This document shows positions 19,108 through 28,662 of a DNA stretch of 39,703 nt, piece by piece. The notes beneath the pieces are model-generated. The model was not told the origin of the DNA, made no database searches, and worked only from the letters and a program-made list of their open reading frames with translations. A program made the translations under genes and the position numbers. This stretch comes from a virus (lineage: Duplodnaviria; Caudoviricetes). Where the stretch lies: positions 1 to 39,703 of IMG/VR virus record IMGVR_UViG_3300030450_003652; one strand, written 5' to 3'. The stretch's first letter is position 1. Every line of letters starts with the position of its first letter.

Positions 19108-19860
19108 ATGGTAAATATAAACACTGTATATAACGCTGTTCTTGTTATTACTAACAAAGACAATAGGGGCTATATAACACCTGAGGAATTTAACAGTTTA
19201 GCTACTCAAGCTCAAGAGGCAATATTTGCTGGTTATTTTTTGAAACAAATGGCTTATGAAATGCAAACACCACCTACTAATGTAGAAAGTGATTTTTCCA
19301 ATCCTACATTAACATCTTCGCAAAAAATTGCTGCATTTTATAAGAATGCTTCATTAACTAAAAATGGCAATGAATTTACTTACCCCTCGGATTTTTATAA
19401 ATTAGGAGTGGTAAATGTAAATGATATTGTTGCTGACAATGCCTCTAATGAAGAGATTAAATATATAAATTTATCTCCTTTAACTTACCCTGTAACTACA
19501 CAGCCAGTATATACCTTAACAGCAACAGGCGTTAAAGTATATCCAAGTTCTATAGCTAGCGGAGTAACAGTAGATTATTTATCTAAACCGGTACAACCTA
19601 AATGGGGATATGTAATGCCAACACCTGCTCAAGTAGCATCTGGTGTTCCTAATGAGCCTATTTATGATCCTACACAATTTGATCCAGCTACTGATAATTA
19701 TAGCACCCCGGCTAAATCTTATAATTTTCAATTAGATGCTTCAGAGCAATCTGAATTAATAGTAAGAATATTAAGTTATGCTGGCGTGGTTATAAAACAA
19801 GCTGATGTGGCTCAATTTGCAATGGCAAAAGAACAAGAACTTACAACAACTGAACAATAA
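19108..19860 (+). CDS. Putative neck/ring (head-tail adaptor) protein
   Basis: NKDNRGYITPEEFN..A..AQ, P-x-DFY-x-LG, DYL-x-KP..PKWGY, ELIVRIL-x-YAG; position after the head genes. Confidence 0.6.
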   Translation: MVNINTVYNAVLVITNKDNRGYITPEEFNSLATQAQEAIFAGYFLKQMAYEMQTPPTNVESDFSNPTLTSSQKIAAFYKNASLTKNGNEFTYPSDFYKLGVVNVNDIVADNASNEEIKYINLSPLTYPVTTQPVYTLTATGVKVYPSSIASGVTVDYLSKPVQPKWGYVMPTPAQVASGVPNEPIYDPTQFDPATDNYSTPAKSYNFQLDASEQSELIVRILSYAGVVIKQADVAQFAMAKEQELTTTEQ

Positions 19861-20798
19861 TGGCAATATCAAGAAGACCTTTAGACGTAGATAATTATTC
19901 CGCTTTAGACGGGGGTAATGGTACAGAAATACCAGGATCTTATAGAAGAACTAACATCAATGATATTATTAATAATTTTATGATTTCCTATATTGGTGAT
20001 GGTAAAGCTTTAACTAAAGTTCCTAGATACGAAGTGGCTTTTTGGGCACAAAGAGCTGTACAAGAATTTAGTTATGATGTTTTTTATTCTAATAAAACTG
20101 TTGAAATACAACTAAGTCCTACTTTACAAATGTCATTACCTTCCGACTTTGTAAATTATGTAAGTTTTTCTTATACAGATAAATTTGGTAATATGAGACC
20201 TATATTACCTTCTCAAGCAACAAAGCCAACTAGAGGTATTGCTCAAGATGATGATTATAAATATTTATATGATCAAACTGGAGAAGTACTATGGGCAGAA
20301 GAATCCGAGACATTAGATAGATATCAAAAAGCAATTTCACTTTTAACAGTTGATGAATTAGCAAGTTATTATATTGGATATTATAATAGTATTTATGGCC
20401 CAGAAAGTGTAATGGGCTGGTGGGGACAACGCTATGGAACTATTCCTGAATTTGCTAATATGAATGGAACTTTTGTATTAGATCTTAATGCGGGACAAGT
20501 TTATTTTAGCTCAGGATTTAAAGCTGATGATATTATTACTTTAAGATACATTTCTGATGGGTTAGGGGATAATGGAGATTTTTCTAATGTATTTGTCCCT
20601 AAGTTAGCTGAAGATGCAGTTATGGCTTTCATGCTTTATAATTTAGCAAAATTACGCCCAACTGTAGCGCCAGCGGTTCCTTTGTATAAAAAAGAAGCTT
20701 ATGCTAAAATGAGAAATGCTAAAATCAGATTATCTAATATGAAACTTCCAGAAATATCTCAAGTATTTAGAGGAAAATCAAAATGGATTAAACATTAA
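19860..20798 (+). CDS. Putative tail tubular/ring protein
   Basis: AQRAVQEFSYD, LPSDFVNYV, LRYISDGL, VPKLAEDA, RNAKIRLSN; coupled by TAATG; precedes the muzzle gene. Confidence 0.6.
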   Translation: MAISRRPLDVDNYSALDGGNGTEIPGSYRRTNINDIINNFMISYIGDGKALTKVPRYEVAFWAQRAVQEFSYDVFYSNKTVEIQLSPTLQMSLPSDFVNYVSFSYTDKFGNMRPILPSQATKPTRGIAQDDDYKYLYDQTGEVLWAEESETLDRYQKAISLLTVDELASYYIGYYNSIYGPESVMGWWGQRYGTIPEFANMNGTFVLDLNAGQVYFSSGFKADDIITLRYISDGLGDNGDFSNVFVPKLAEDAVMAFMLYNLAKLRPTVAPAVPLYKKEAYAKMRNAKIRLSNMKLPEISQVFRGKSKWIKH

Positions 20799-20807
20799 TA
20801 GAATTTT

Positions 20808-23800
20808 ATGCCAGTAATTAAAAGAACATTTAATGGCGGTGGTATGAACCGTGATTTAGATGATAGACTAGTACCTCCGGGACAATACCGAGAAGCACTA
20901 AATGTTAATATAGGCAAATCGGAAAGTGCTGATATGGGCGCTGTAGAAAATATTTTAGGAAATGAATTGATTGGGGATATAAATACAGCAGGAGCTAAAT
21001 GTATAGGTGTATTTAGAGATAGTTTTACAGAAAGACTATATTTCTTTACAACTACTAATAATAGCACTGATAAAACAAATACAGGTACTCATGCTATATA
21101 CGAGTTTAGTCAAATAAATAATCAATTAAGAACATTAGTTACTAGAAGCGATTTAAACTTCCATCAAGATTTTCCAATTAATGGTATAAATTTAGTAGAT
21201 AATTTATTATTTTGGACTGATAATAGAAATTGTCCAAGAAAAATTAACGTTGAAAAAGCTAGGAATGATGCGGCATATTATACTAATTTAACATCATTAG
21301 ATGACGTGGCATCAGTTGCTAAGTTTGCGCCTTATGATTCACCTACTGTATTAAGTATTGGAACAACAGACGAACAAGGGCAAACTATTACATCTAACTT
21401 TTTAGAAAACAAAATGATTAGGTTTTCATATAGATGGAAATTTGAAGATGGAGAATATAGTTTATTAGCCCCATTTACCACTACAATGTTTTCAAGGTTA
21501 AATAATACTGATACTATTACTACAACAACTGGTGATTTTGGGGAAATAGAAACTTTTATTAATGCAATTAAAGCTGTTCAATTACAAGTTCCTACACCTA
21601 CTGGATATGGTATTACAGAAGCTGAATTAGTTTATAAAGAAACAGGATCTAGTACTTTATATGTAGTTGAAAGCCAACCGGTTACTACAACAACAGATTT
21701 TGTTAACTTTTTTTATGAATCTCAAGATCCATTTAAAACACTTCCGCCTGATCAATTAACAAGAGTATATGACGCAGTACCTAGGGTGGCTAAAACTCAA
21801 GAATTAGCAGGAGGGAGAATAGTATATGGTAATTTTTTACAAAATTATAATGTTCCAGATATAAGTTTTAATGTAACAAGGACAGGAGAAGCCGCGGCTA
21901 GGAATGCGCGAATACCTTATTTATCAGTTAAATCACGAAGAACATATCAAATAGGTATTGTATTAGCAGATAAGTTTGGAAGACAAACGCCAGTTATATT
22001 GTCAAATACAGGAGGAGATTCTATCTATGTAGACCCAAAGATCGGTGATGCTAATACTACTGACGCATTCAATGCTTTAAGAATTGCTTTTTCACAAGAT
22101 CAAATAAACGCATTACAAGCTTTAGATTGGGCTTATTCTTATAGGGTAGTTATAAAACAAAGAGAACAAGAATATTATAATTGGATATCATTAGTTACTG
22201 GTCAAGATACAGTGGCAAGGCTGGGTGATAGCATAAATAAAATACCAAGGGATCAAGATGCAGTAATACCACCTAGCACAGGAACTTCAATATCACCATG
22301 TGATGTATCTGTCTTTCCTAAATATTTAAATGCTACCAATCAAACTGGATCCAATTCTACAATAGTACAATCTATTGCAAATCCTGCGGGAACAGCATTG
22401 GTTTCTACAGGCGCTGTTACTTCTGGGTTATGTGTTTATGAAACAACTCCGGTAGAATCAGATTTAGATATATTTTATGAGACAGCTACTAGTGGGTTAA
22501 TTAGTGATTTAACCACAACAGCTATAAACATAGATTTTTTTAATTGTTATCTATTAACAATAAATCCAGCAGCAGGAGCGTATGCGGGTACACATATAGA
22601 AGTAAATAGATTACGAGCAGGCTATAATGAAACGGCTTTTGATTATGGGGTTAGAGCTTATGTGGTGCAAGAAAATTTTGCTGAAGAATTACGATTTAAT
22701 ACTTTAATACATTCTAGTGGTTTATTTAACTCAAGAACTGGTATTAATTATATAAATCAATTTAATGAATCTGAAGGAGGATTAACAGTATCACTAGACC
22801 CACGAAATGGATCAATACAGAAGTTACATGCCACTGATACTTCTATTAATATTTTTCAAGAGGATAAAGTTTCTTTTTCACCAATTAATAAAGACTTTAT
22901 TTATTCCGCAGAAGGAGGAAATATTCCTGTAACTAGTAATACACAATTTTTAGGGACTATAGCTCCTATTAATGGAGAATATGGAATTTCTTTAAATCCT
23001 GAATCATTTGCACATTATGGACTTGCACAGTATTTTGCAGACAAAAATAATGGTGTAATATTAAGGCTAGCAGGAAATCAAATAACCGAAATTTCAAAAA
23101 ATGGAATGGCAGATTTTTTCAGAGATGCTTTAAGAAGTGCTTCTTCGGCGGTGGGATGTTATGATGAATATCATGCTCAATACACTATTACTTTCATTGG
23201 TGAATGTTATGATAGTAATGAAGATACAAATGTAGCTACTGCTTCTAGTAATTATTTAACATTATCATTTGATGAATCATTAGGTGCTTGGAGTACTTTT
23301 AAATCTTATAATCCTGAAAGAGCAATAAGTCTTAATAATACATTTTATTCTTTTAATAATGGCAATTTATGGCAACATAATTCATCTGATGTAATTAGAA
23401 ATAGTTTTTATGGAGCTAGCGCTCAAGAATCTTTTATTGTTCCAATATTTAATGATGATCCATCAACAATAAAAACTTTTAATAATATACAATATGAAGG
23501 AACTGATGGTTGGGAAATAGAATATATAGAAACTGATATAAGTTCTTTAGGTACTGTGCCAACAGAAACTACCTCTTATAATACTACTTTAAAATTTTCT
23601 GGAAATGGGCCCAATAGCGTCGTTACTGGAGAAAGTTCAATTTGTGCTAAAGCAAATCAGGCAGTTCAATGGATAGCTACTTTTAGTCCTATTAGTTCCG
23701 ACTATCAATTTACAGCTACTAATGATATAATATTGACGCCTCCAACAGGAGTAAGTATTATTAATCCTACGTCTATAACCGACGGAAATTTAGTATTTGT

Positions 23801-24899
23801 TATAACAGCTAATTCAGGAACAGCAAGCAGCACTAAAACAGTTGCAATAAGTGGTGTAGGTGCGTCATTTGCTTATAGTGTTTCTTTATTAACGGTAAAT
23901 ATTACCGATAGTGTAAGTAATACAGATTTAGCACCAGCTTCTATTGCTAAAACTACAGCAGGGGCTTCAACACTGACTTGGGTATTAACTCCGGGAGCTA
24001 ATTATTATATTCCAGATCCAGTTAATCCTATAGCATCAAGCACTATAACTGTAGATATTTCTGGCATGCCATCATCTACTAGTCCTCAAACGCCAACAGC
24101 AGCAAGGAATAGTGGTAATCAGAATTTAATAGATTATAGCATAGATGTAACTGTACCTACAGTTGCAACTTCTGGAACAATAGCTGTTTCAGGAGCAGCC
24201 ACATTAAAGCCTATATTAGCATGGACTGGTATAACAGGAGCTGGGATTACAGGTGCAGTGTTTACGCCTCCGAGCGAAGCCCCTGCATTAAACCAAGGAT
24301 ATTTTTGGGGACCTTTTGATGGAACTTCAGGTAGAACAGCTACAGTAGTATGGGCGGCTGGAGGAATTAGTAATACAGAAACTATAACTAATAGCAGTTT
24401 AGATAATGTAGTTTTTACACCAGCTAATACTGTAACCAAAAATGTTAATGCTGATGGAGCGGGCGCAAGTATATCTGTATTATTAGATGTATTTACAACT
24501 AACCAAACAGCCACAGGAACTATAAATACTAGCCCTATAGTGCCTGCAACTTTAGGTGTTGTAGCGGCAAATCAACCTCCTCAATTTGTATGGGAAAATA
24601 ATACATCTTATTCAACTGCAACTTCAGGATTTTGGACAACTCCTCCTAATGTTGATTTAGTAGTAACGGTTGATCCGGCAGATACCTGGATAAAAATTGG
24701 GGAAACATCTAATCCTACAAGTTCACAATTGAATTTAACTGCTGAAACACCATTTTTTATAAATGTAGACGATTATCCTGGTTCTGCCCCACTCCCAATC
24801 ACTAGGACAGGAACTATAGATTTAACTTATCCTGCTACAGGAAGAATTACAGGATTAACATCAGTTACTATTACAGTAACACAATCAAGACAACCATAA
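20808..24899 (+). CDS. Tail muzzle / stabilisation protein (P22 gp10-like) with a Thr-rich Ig-like C-terminal extension
   Basis: GGMNRDLDDRLVPPGQYREALNV, LFWTDNRNCPRKIN, RFSYRWKFEDGEYS, GRIVYGNF, YGISLNPESFA, FADKNNGVILRL; after about 23540 a T/S/A/P-rich beta region. Confidence 0.75.
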   Translation: MPVIKRTFNGGGMNRDLDDRLVPPGQYREALNVNIGKSESADMGAVENILGNELIGDINTAGAKCIGVFRDSFTERLYFFTTTNNSTDKTNTGTHAIYEFSQINNQLRTLVTRSDLNFHQDFPINGINLVDNLLFWTDNRNCPRKINVEKARNDAAYYTNLTSLDDVASVAKFAPYDSPTVLSIGTTDEQGQTITSNFLENKMIRFSYRWKFEDGEYSLLAPFTTTMFSRLNNTDTITTTTGDFGEIETFINAIKAVQLQVPTPTGYGITEAELVYKETGSSTLYVVESQPVTTTTDFVNFFYESQDPFKTLPPDQLTRVYDAVPRVAKTQELAGGRIVYGNFLQNYNVPDISFNVTRTGEAAARNARIPYLSVKSRRTYQIGIVLADKFGRQTPVILSNTGGDSIYVDPKIGDANTTDAFNALRIAFSQDQINALQALDWAYSYRVVIKQREQEYYNWISLVTGQDTVARLGDSINKIPRDQDAVIPPSTGTSISPCDVSVFPKYLNATNQTGSNSTIVQSIANPAGTALVSTGAVTSGLCVYETTPVESDLDIFYETATSGLISDLTTTAINIDFFNCYLLTINPAAGAYAGTHIEVNRLRAGYNETAFDYGVRAYVVQENFAEELRFNTLIHSSGLFNSRTGINYINQFNESEGGLTVSLDPRNGSIQKLHATDTSINIFQEDKVSFSPINKDFIYSAEGGNIPVTSNTQFLGTIAPINGEYGISLNPESFAHYGLAQYFADKNNGVILRLAGNQITEISKNGMADFFRDALRSASSAVGCYDEYHAQYTITFIGECYDSNEDTNVATASSNYLTLSFDESLGAWSTFKSYNPERAISLNNTFYSFNNGNLWQHNSSDVIRNSFYGASAQESFIVPIFNDDPSTIKTFNNIQYEGTDGWEIEYIETDISSLGTVPTETTSYNTTLKFSGNGPNSVVTGESSICAKANQAVQWIATFSPISSDYQFTATNDIILTPPTGVSIINPTSITDGNLVFVITANSGTASSTKTVAISGVGASFAYSVSLLTVNITDSVSNTDLAPASIAKTTAGASTLTWVLTPGANYYIPDPVNPIASSTITVDISGMPSSTSPQTPTAARNSGNQNLIDYSIDVTVPTVATSGTIAVSGAATLKPILAWTGITGAGITGAVFTPPSEAPALNQGYFWGPFDGTSGRTATVVWAAGGISNTETITNSSLDNVVFTPANTVTKNVNADGAGASISVLLDVFTTNQTATGTINTSPIVPATLGVVAANQPPQFVWENNTSYSTATSGFWTTPPNVDLVVTVDPADTWIKIGETSNPTSSQLNLTAETPFFINVDDYPGSAPLPITRTGTIDLTYPATGRITGLTSVTITVTQSRQP

Positions 24900-25135
24900 T
24901 GAGTATAATAAATTTTCCTTTTCAAAAAAAAGAAGGTAAATATTTTGCACCAATAGTCTCAGAAGAAACTACATATAAAGTTTCTAATGGGGCTGTTGTA
25001 GCAGATGCAACTAAATTAGTTGGAGGTGTAAAAGGAGCCTATGCAATAGCTAAATTAGTTTTACCAGCTGCAAATGCAGGAACTAAAACAGAATTATTTT
25101 CTGTAGGATCTTTAGCAGTATATTCTTCTAGTTAA
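24899..25135 (+). CDS. Small protein resembling the detached C-terminus of the muzzle protein
   Basis: FQKKEGKYFAPI ... GVKGAYA ... ELFSVGS..VYSS; TAATG-coupled to the muzzle gene. Confidence 0.55.
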   Translation: MSIINFPFQKKEGKYFAPIVSEETTYKVSNGAVVADATKLVGGVKGAYAIAKLVLPAANAGTKTELFSVGSLAVYSSS

Positions 25136-25143
25136 ATTATATT

Positions 25144-25638
25144 ATGAGCAAACCTATTAAATTAAATCAAGATTTAGAAATTCCATTTAAAGATAAAATG
25201 GAAAAAGCCATTAAAGCATTAATAAAAGAAAGTGACGATGTGCTAATATCATCTAATGGTGGGAAAATTCATAGAGACCCTCCCCATCATATAGTGAAGG
25301 TTGAGCATGACTTTGCTCCTGGCATTTATATGCGAAGGATGTTAATGCAAAAAGAAACATTGGTTTTTGGGGCTATACATAAAAGAGAACACGCGTGGTT
25401 CCTTTTAGAAGGAGAAATAACCGTTACTGATCAAAGCGGTCAATTTAAATTTAAAGCCCCTCATTTTCATATATCAGAGGCTGGCACACAAAGAATTATT
25501 TTTGCAAATAAAAAAAGTGTTTTTCAAAATGTTTTTAAAAATCCTAAAGAATTAAGGGATTTAGATAAAATTGAAGATTACCATTATTGTACTACACAAA
25601 AAGCATATCAAGAATACATAAATAATAAAAATAAATGA
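25144..25638 (+). CDS. Cupin-like protein
   Basis: HDFAPGIYMR...GAIHKREH...LLEGEITV...AP...SEAGTQR cupin-type pattern. Confidence 0.6.
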   Translation: MSKPIKLNQDLEIPFKDKMEKAIKALIKESDDVLISSNGGKIHRDPPHHIVKVEHDFAPGIYMRRMLMQKETLVFGAIHKREHAWFLLEGEITVTDQSGQFKFKAPHFHISEAGTQRIIFANKKSVFQNVFKNPKELRDLDKIEDYHYCTTQKAYQEYINNKNK

Positions 25639-26954
25639 TTTACTTAATTGAAAATATAGAATTATTATCACAACTTCCTATTGATGCAGAACCGCAAATT
25701 GTGAAAGGTACTGCTGCATTAGTGACAGCTGCTGCTGTTAGTGCTGGCGCTGCATTGCTTAAAACAGGAATAAACGCAATTGGTATTGGTAGAAAGAAAA
25801 GGGAAAGAAAAAGAAAAGCAAAAGAACTTGAAAAACAAATGTCTAAGGTAGAGAATTTTGAGTTTACCAATGCATGGGAAGGTCTAGAAGGCACCTCTTA
25901 TGAAACTGTTGCAGGTGAATTAGGTGAATTAGGAGATGCTGCGCAATTAGGGCAAGCCGGGAAAGCTGAATTAGGCACATTAGGTAGGGCTAGAGGTTAT
26001 AGCGCTAGAGGGTATGAAGGTGAAGGTTATGAAAGTCAAGGTTATACTGCAGGACAAACTAATATAGCTGGTTTAGCACGAGGTGCGGCAACAGGTTTAA
26101 CTAATACAATGTCTAACCTCCAAGTTTCTACAGCTGGGGCTGAAATGGCGGCAAGAGAGGCTGATCAATCTTTAGCAGCTAGTCAAGATTTAGCAGCTCA
26201 AGCAGGAACAGGAGCTGGAGGAGCAACGGCTCTTGCAGCAGCCGCAGCAAAGTCTAAAGCAGGGATTGCTGCAGATATAGATAAACAAGTTAAACAAAAT
26301 GAAATGATGAGAGCTCAGGGTGAATCTGAACTCCAAAGAGCACAATTAGCTCAAGGGAATTTAGCATCGCAATTTGATTTAGGGCAATCTCAATTCAATG
26401 TAGGCGCGGCTAATCAAGCTGCCCAGTTTGGCGCTGCTGCAGCCAATCAAGCTGCTCAATTTGGTGCTGATGCAAGAAATCAAGCCAATAGATTTACTGC
26501 AGATGCTATGAATCAAGCCGCAAGATTTAAAGCCCAAGCACAAAATCAATTTGCTTTAACACAATTTGGAGCTGAAAATGCATTAAGCCAATTTAATGTA
26601 GGCGCACAAAATCAATTTGCTATGGCAGATGTTGCGGCACAAAATCAATTTGGATTAGCTCAATTTGGTGCTGAAAACCAAATGAATCAGTTTAATGCAG
26701 GTCAACAAACTGCTGCTAATAGATTTGCAGCTGAAAGCGCTTATGATGCTGATGTTAGAACTAGAGGTGGAGCTGAGGCTATGCAAAATAATCAGTATAG
26801 TAAAGAAATAGCACTTTTAAATGCAAGAGGGGGACAATCTGCTGCTGCAGATGCTGCATATAACAATCAATCTGCTTCAGTAAGAGGTGCGGCAGGCGGT
26901 GTAGTTGATGCAATTGCAGATAGCAAATGGGCTGCGAATAATTTTAAAAATTAA
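25635..26954 (+). CDS. Putative ejection / DNA pilot protein
   Basis: N-terminal Ala/Gly hydrophobic helix, basic patch, A/Q/G/N-rich body with 11-residue QF/RF repeats. Confidence 0.55.
   Translation: MIYLIENIELLSQLPIDAEPQIVKGTAALVTAAAVSAGAALLKTGINAIGIGRKKRERKRKAKELEKQMSKVENFEFTNAWEGLEGTSYETVAGELGELGDAAQLGQAGKAELGTLGRARGYSARGYEGEGYESQGYTAGQTNIAGLARGAATGLTNTMSNLQVSTAGAEMAAREADQSLAASQDLAAQAGTGAGGATALAAAAAKSKAGIAADIDKQVKQNEMMRAQGESELQRAQLAQGNLASQFDLGQSQFNVGAANQAAQFGAAAANQAAQFGADARNQANRFTADAMNQAARFKAQAQNQFALTQFGAENALSQFNVGAQNQFAMADVAAQNQFGLAQFGAENQMNQFNAGQQTAANRFAAESAYDADVRTRGGAEAMQNNQYSKEIALLNARGGQSAAADAAYNNQSASVRGAAGGVVDAIADSKWAANNFKN
26391..26730 (+). repeat. Coding tandem repeats with about 33-nt (11-aa) period
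   Basis: QFNVGAANQAA / QFGAAAANQAA / QFGADARNQAN / RFTADAMNQAA / RFKAQAQNQ..., degenerating downstream. Confidence 0.75.
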
Positions 26955-26971
26955 TAGATTAATTTAATAAT

Positions 26972-28633
26972 ATGGCAAAAATAGCAACACCAAAAATTGG
27001 ATGGGATTATATGGCAGGTGTAAGAGGCACTATTGCAGGAGCTAAACAAGCAGAACAGCAAGTTTACCATGATAAGCTGGTTAGAGCTCAGTTAGAGCGA
27101 ACTAGAGATATAGAAAGAGAAAGACAAAGAAAACAAGCTGAAGCCCAAGATAAAGCTAATGAAGCATTTTATCAGCAAACTTATGATACTTTTAATAAAC
27201 CATTTGCCGATAATTATTCAGGTAATAAAGGTATAAATACTCTTTTTGAAAATTTTGGAAATAATTATAAAAAAGATTATGTTAGTATTGTTAAAGATCC
27301 TAATTTAAGTGGCGAACAAAAAGTACATAAACAGGGCGTAATGGAAAGAAATGCCAAATTTGTAGGTGCTGCACAAAAACATATTATTAATTTTCTTAAT
27401 AATTTTACAGAAAAAAGTGTAGAAGGAGATATTTCGAGGGCAATGCCTCCTTTATATCAATCTATTGGGGCAGACCTTGTTGCTGGGCAGTTTGATGCAG
27501 AATTAACATGGGATAACGACGCAGAAACTGTTTTTTTAAAAGGCAAAACTCAAGACGGACAAGAAATAAATTTATCTGTACAGGATATACCATTGCATTG
27601 GCCTGGAGTTATGAAGGCGGGCACGCCTATGGAAGATGCTATAGCTGCCGCTAGAGACCAATGGAATAATGATATAAAAGAATTTTATAAAACTAAAGAT
27701 AATAATTTACTACCTTCTTTTAATGAAGAAAGAATAAAAGCTGTATTAGATGCTCAAGTAGAAAGTTATGGTAAAGATGGGGTTAAAGTTTTTGCAATGG
27801 ATACTATGGGTTGGGGAGAACAAGATTTTAATAATGCTGTTAGGGCTTATTTAAATACCGAACGCACAGAGTACCCTTTTGGAGGTGAAGAAACCTTATA
27901 TAAGAAAATGATGAATAGGACTAGAGCTGATTTTGGAGAAGAAAATCCTGAAAAAGAAGGATACGCAGAGGCACAAAAAAAATGGGAAAATTGGGAAAGA
28001 ACTAAGCATAGCTATTTTCCTAAAAAAACTAAAATGACTCAAGTAGAGGCTGAATTAGCTGTAATGGAAGATTTAACGGAGACTTATGTTGATACTATGC
28101 GTCAAGTCTGGGATACGGATGCTACTCTTAGCGGTATAAAACCATTTCCAGCTCAAAGATCTCAAACAAGTGATACTCAACAATTAATTAGAGATGAAGC
28201 CGAATCTTTTAATGCCGTAGTAGAAACTGATATAAATAATTTATGGCCCATTTTAGGCACAAAAGGAGGTGTGGCTTATATAGATGAAAAAACAGGAACA
28301 CCTACTCTTAAGTATGACCAAGAATATCAAAACAGTCCTACTGAAGAAGTAATTATTGATTTAAACAATGATGAGGCTTTACGAAATTTATGGCTAAAAG
28401 GTGTTAGAAGAGAGCTAGACTCAAGTAAGTATGATGCCGATGTATTAAAAGAGTGGCATGCACAAAAAAGAGCTTTTAAAGCAAATTTATTAAACTCTAT
28501 AAAAAGAGGCACTAAAAATAGAAATATTTTTAATAGAGGAAATGAATTAATAAGTTTAGATTCAGTGCGTTTAAATTCAGTTGGATTGCCACAACCGGGA
28601 GCCGCCCCTACCAGCCGTAGGATGGAGGATTAG
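26972..28633 (+). CDS. Putative internal core / ejection protein
   Basis: 553 aa, helical, N-terminal charged coiled coil; second of three increasing-size genes after the tail module. Confidence 0.5.
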   Translation: MAKIATPKIGWDYMAGVRGTIAGAKQAEQQVYHDKLVRAQLERTRDIERERQRKQAEAQDKANEAFYQQTYDTFNKPFADNYSGNKGINTLFENFGNNYKKDYVSIVKDPNLSGEQKVHKQGVMERNAKFVGAAQKHIINFLNNFTEKSVEGDISRAMPPLYQSIGADLVAGQFDAELTWDNDAETVFLKGKTQDGQEINLSVQDIPLHWPGVMKAGTPMEDAIAAARDQWNNDIKEFYKTKDNNLLPSFNEERIKAVLDAQVESYGKDGVKVFAMDTMGWGEQDFNNAVRAYLNTERTEYPFGGEETLYKKMMNRTRADFGEENPEKEGYAEAQKKWENWERTKHSYFPKKTKMTQVEAELAVMEDLTETYVDTMRQVWDTDATLSGIKPFPAQRSQTSDTQQLIRDEAESFNAVVETDINNLWPILGTKGGVAYIDEKTGTPTLKYDQEYQNSPTEEVIIDLNNDEALRNLWLKGVRRELDSSKYDADVLKEWHAQKRAFKANLLNSIKRGTKNRNIFNRGNELISLDSVRLNSVGLPQPGAAPTSRRMED

Positions 28634-28662
28634 TATAAAAAGAATTAAAAAATATTATATAT

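Noticed and set aside
15290-28662. TTATATTA-like motif before several starts (15310, 18258, 25144, 28663) as a phage promoter
   Set aside because: Cannot be separated from generic AT-rich translation-initiation context without statistics.
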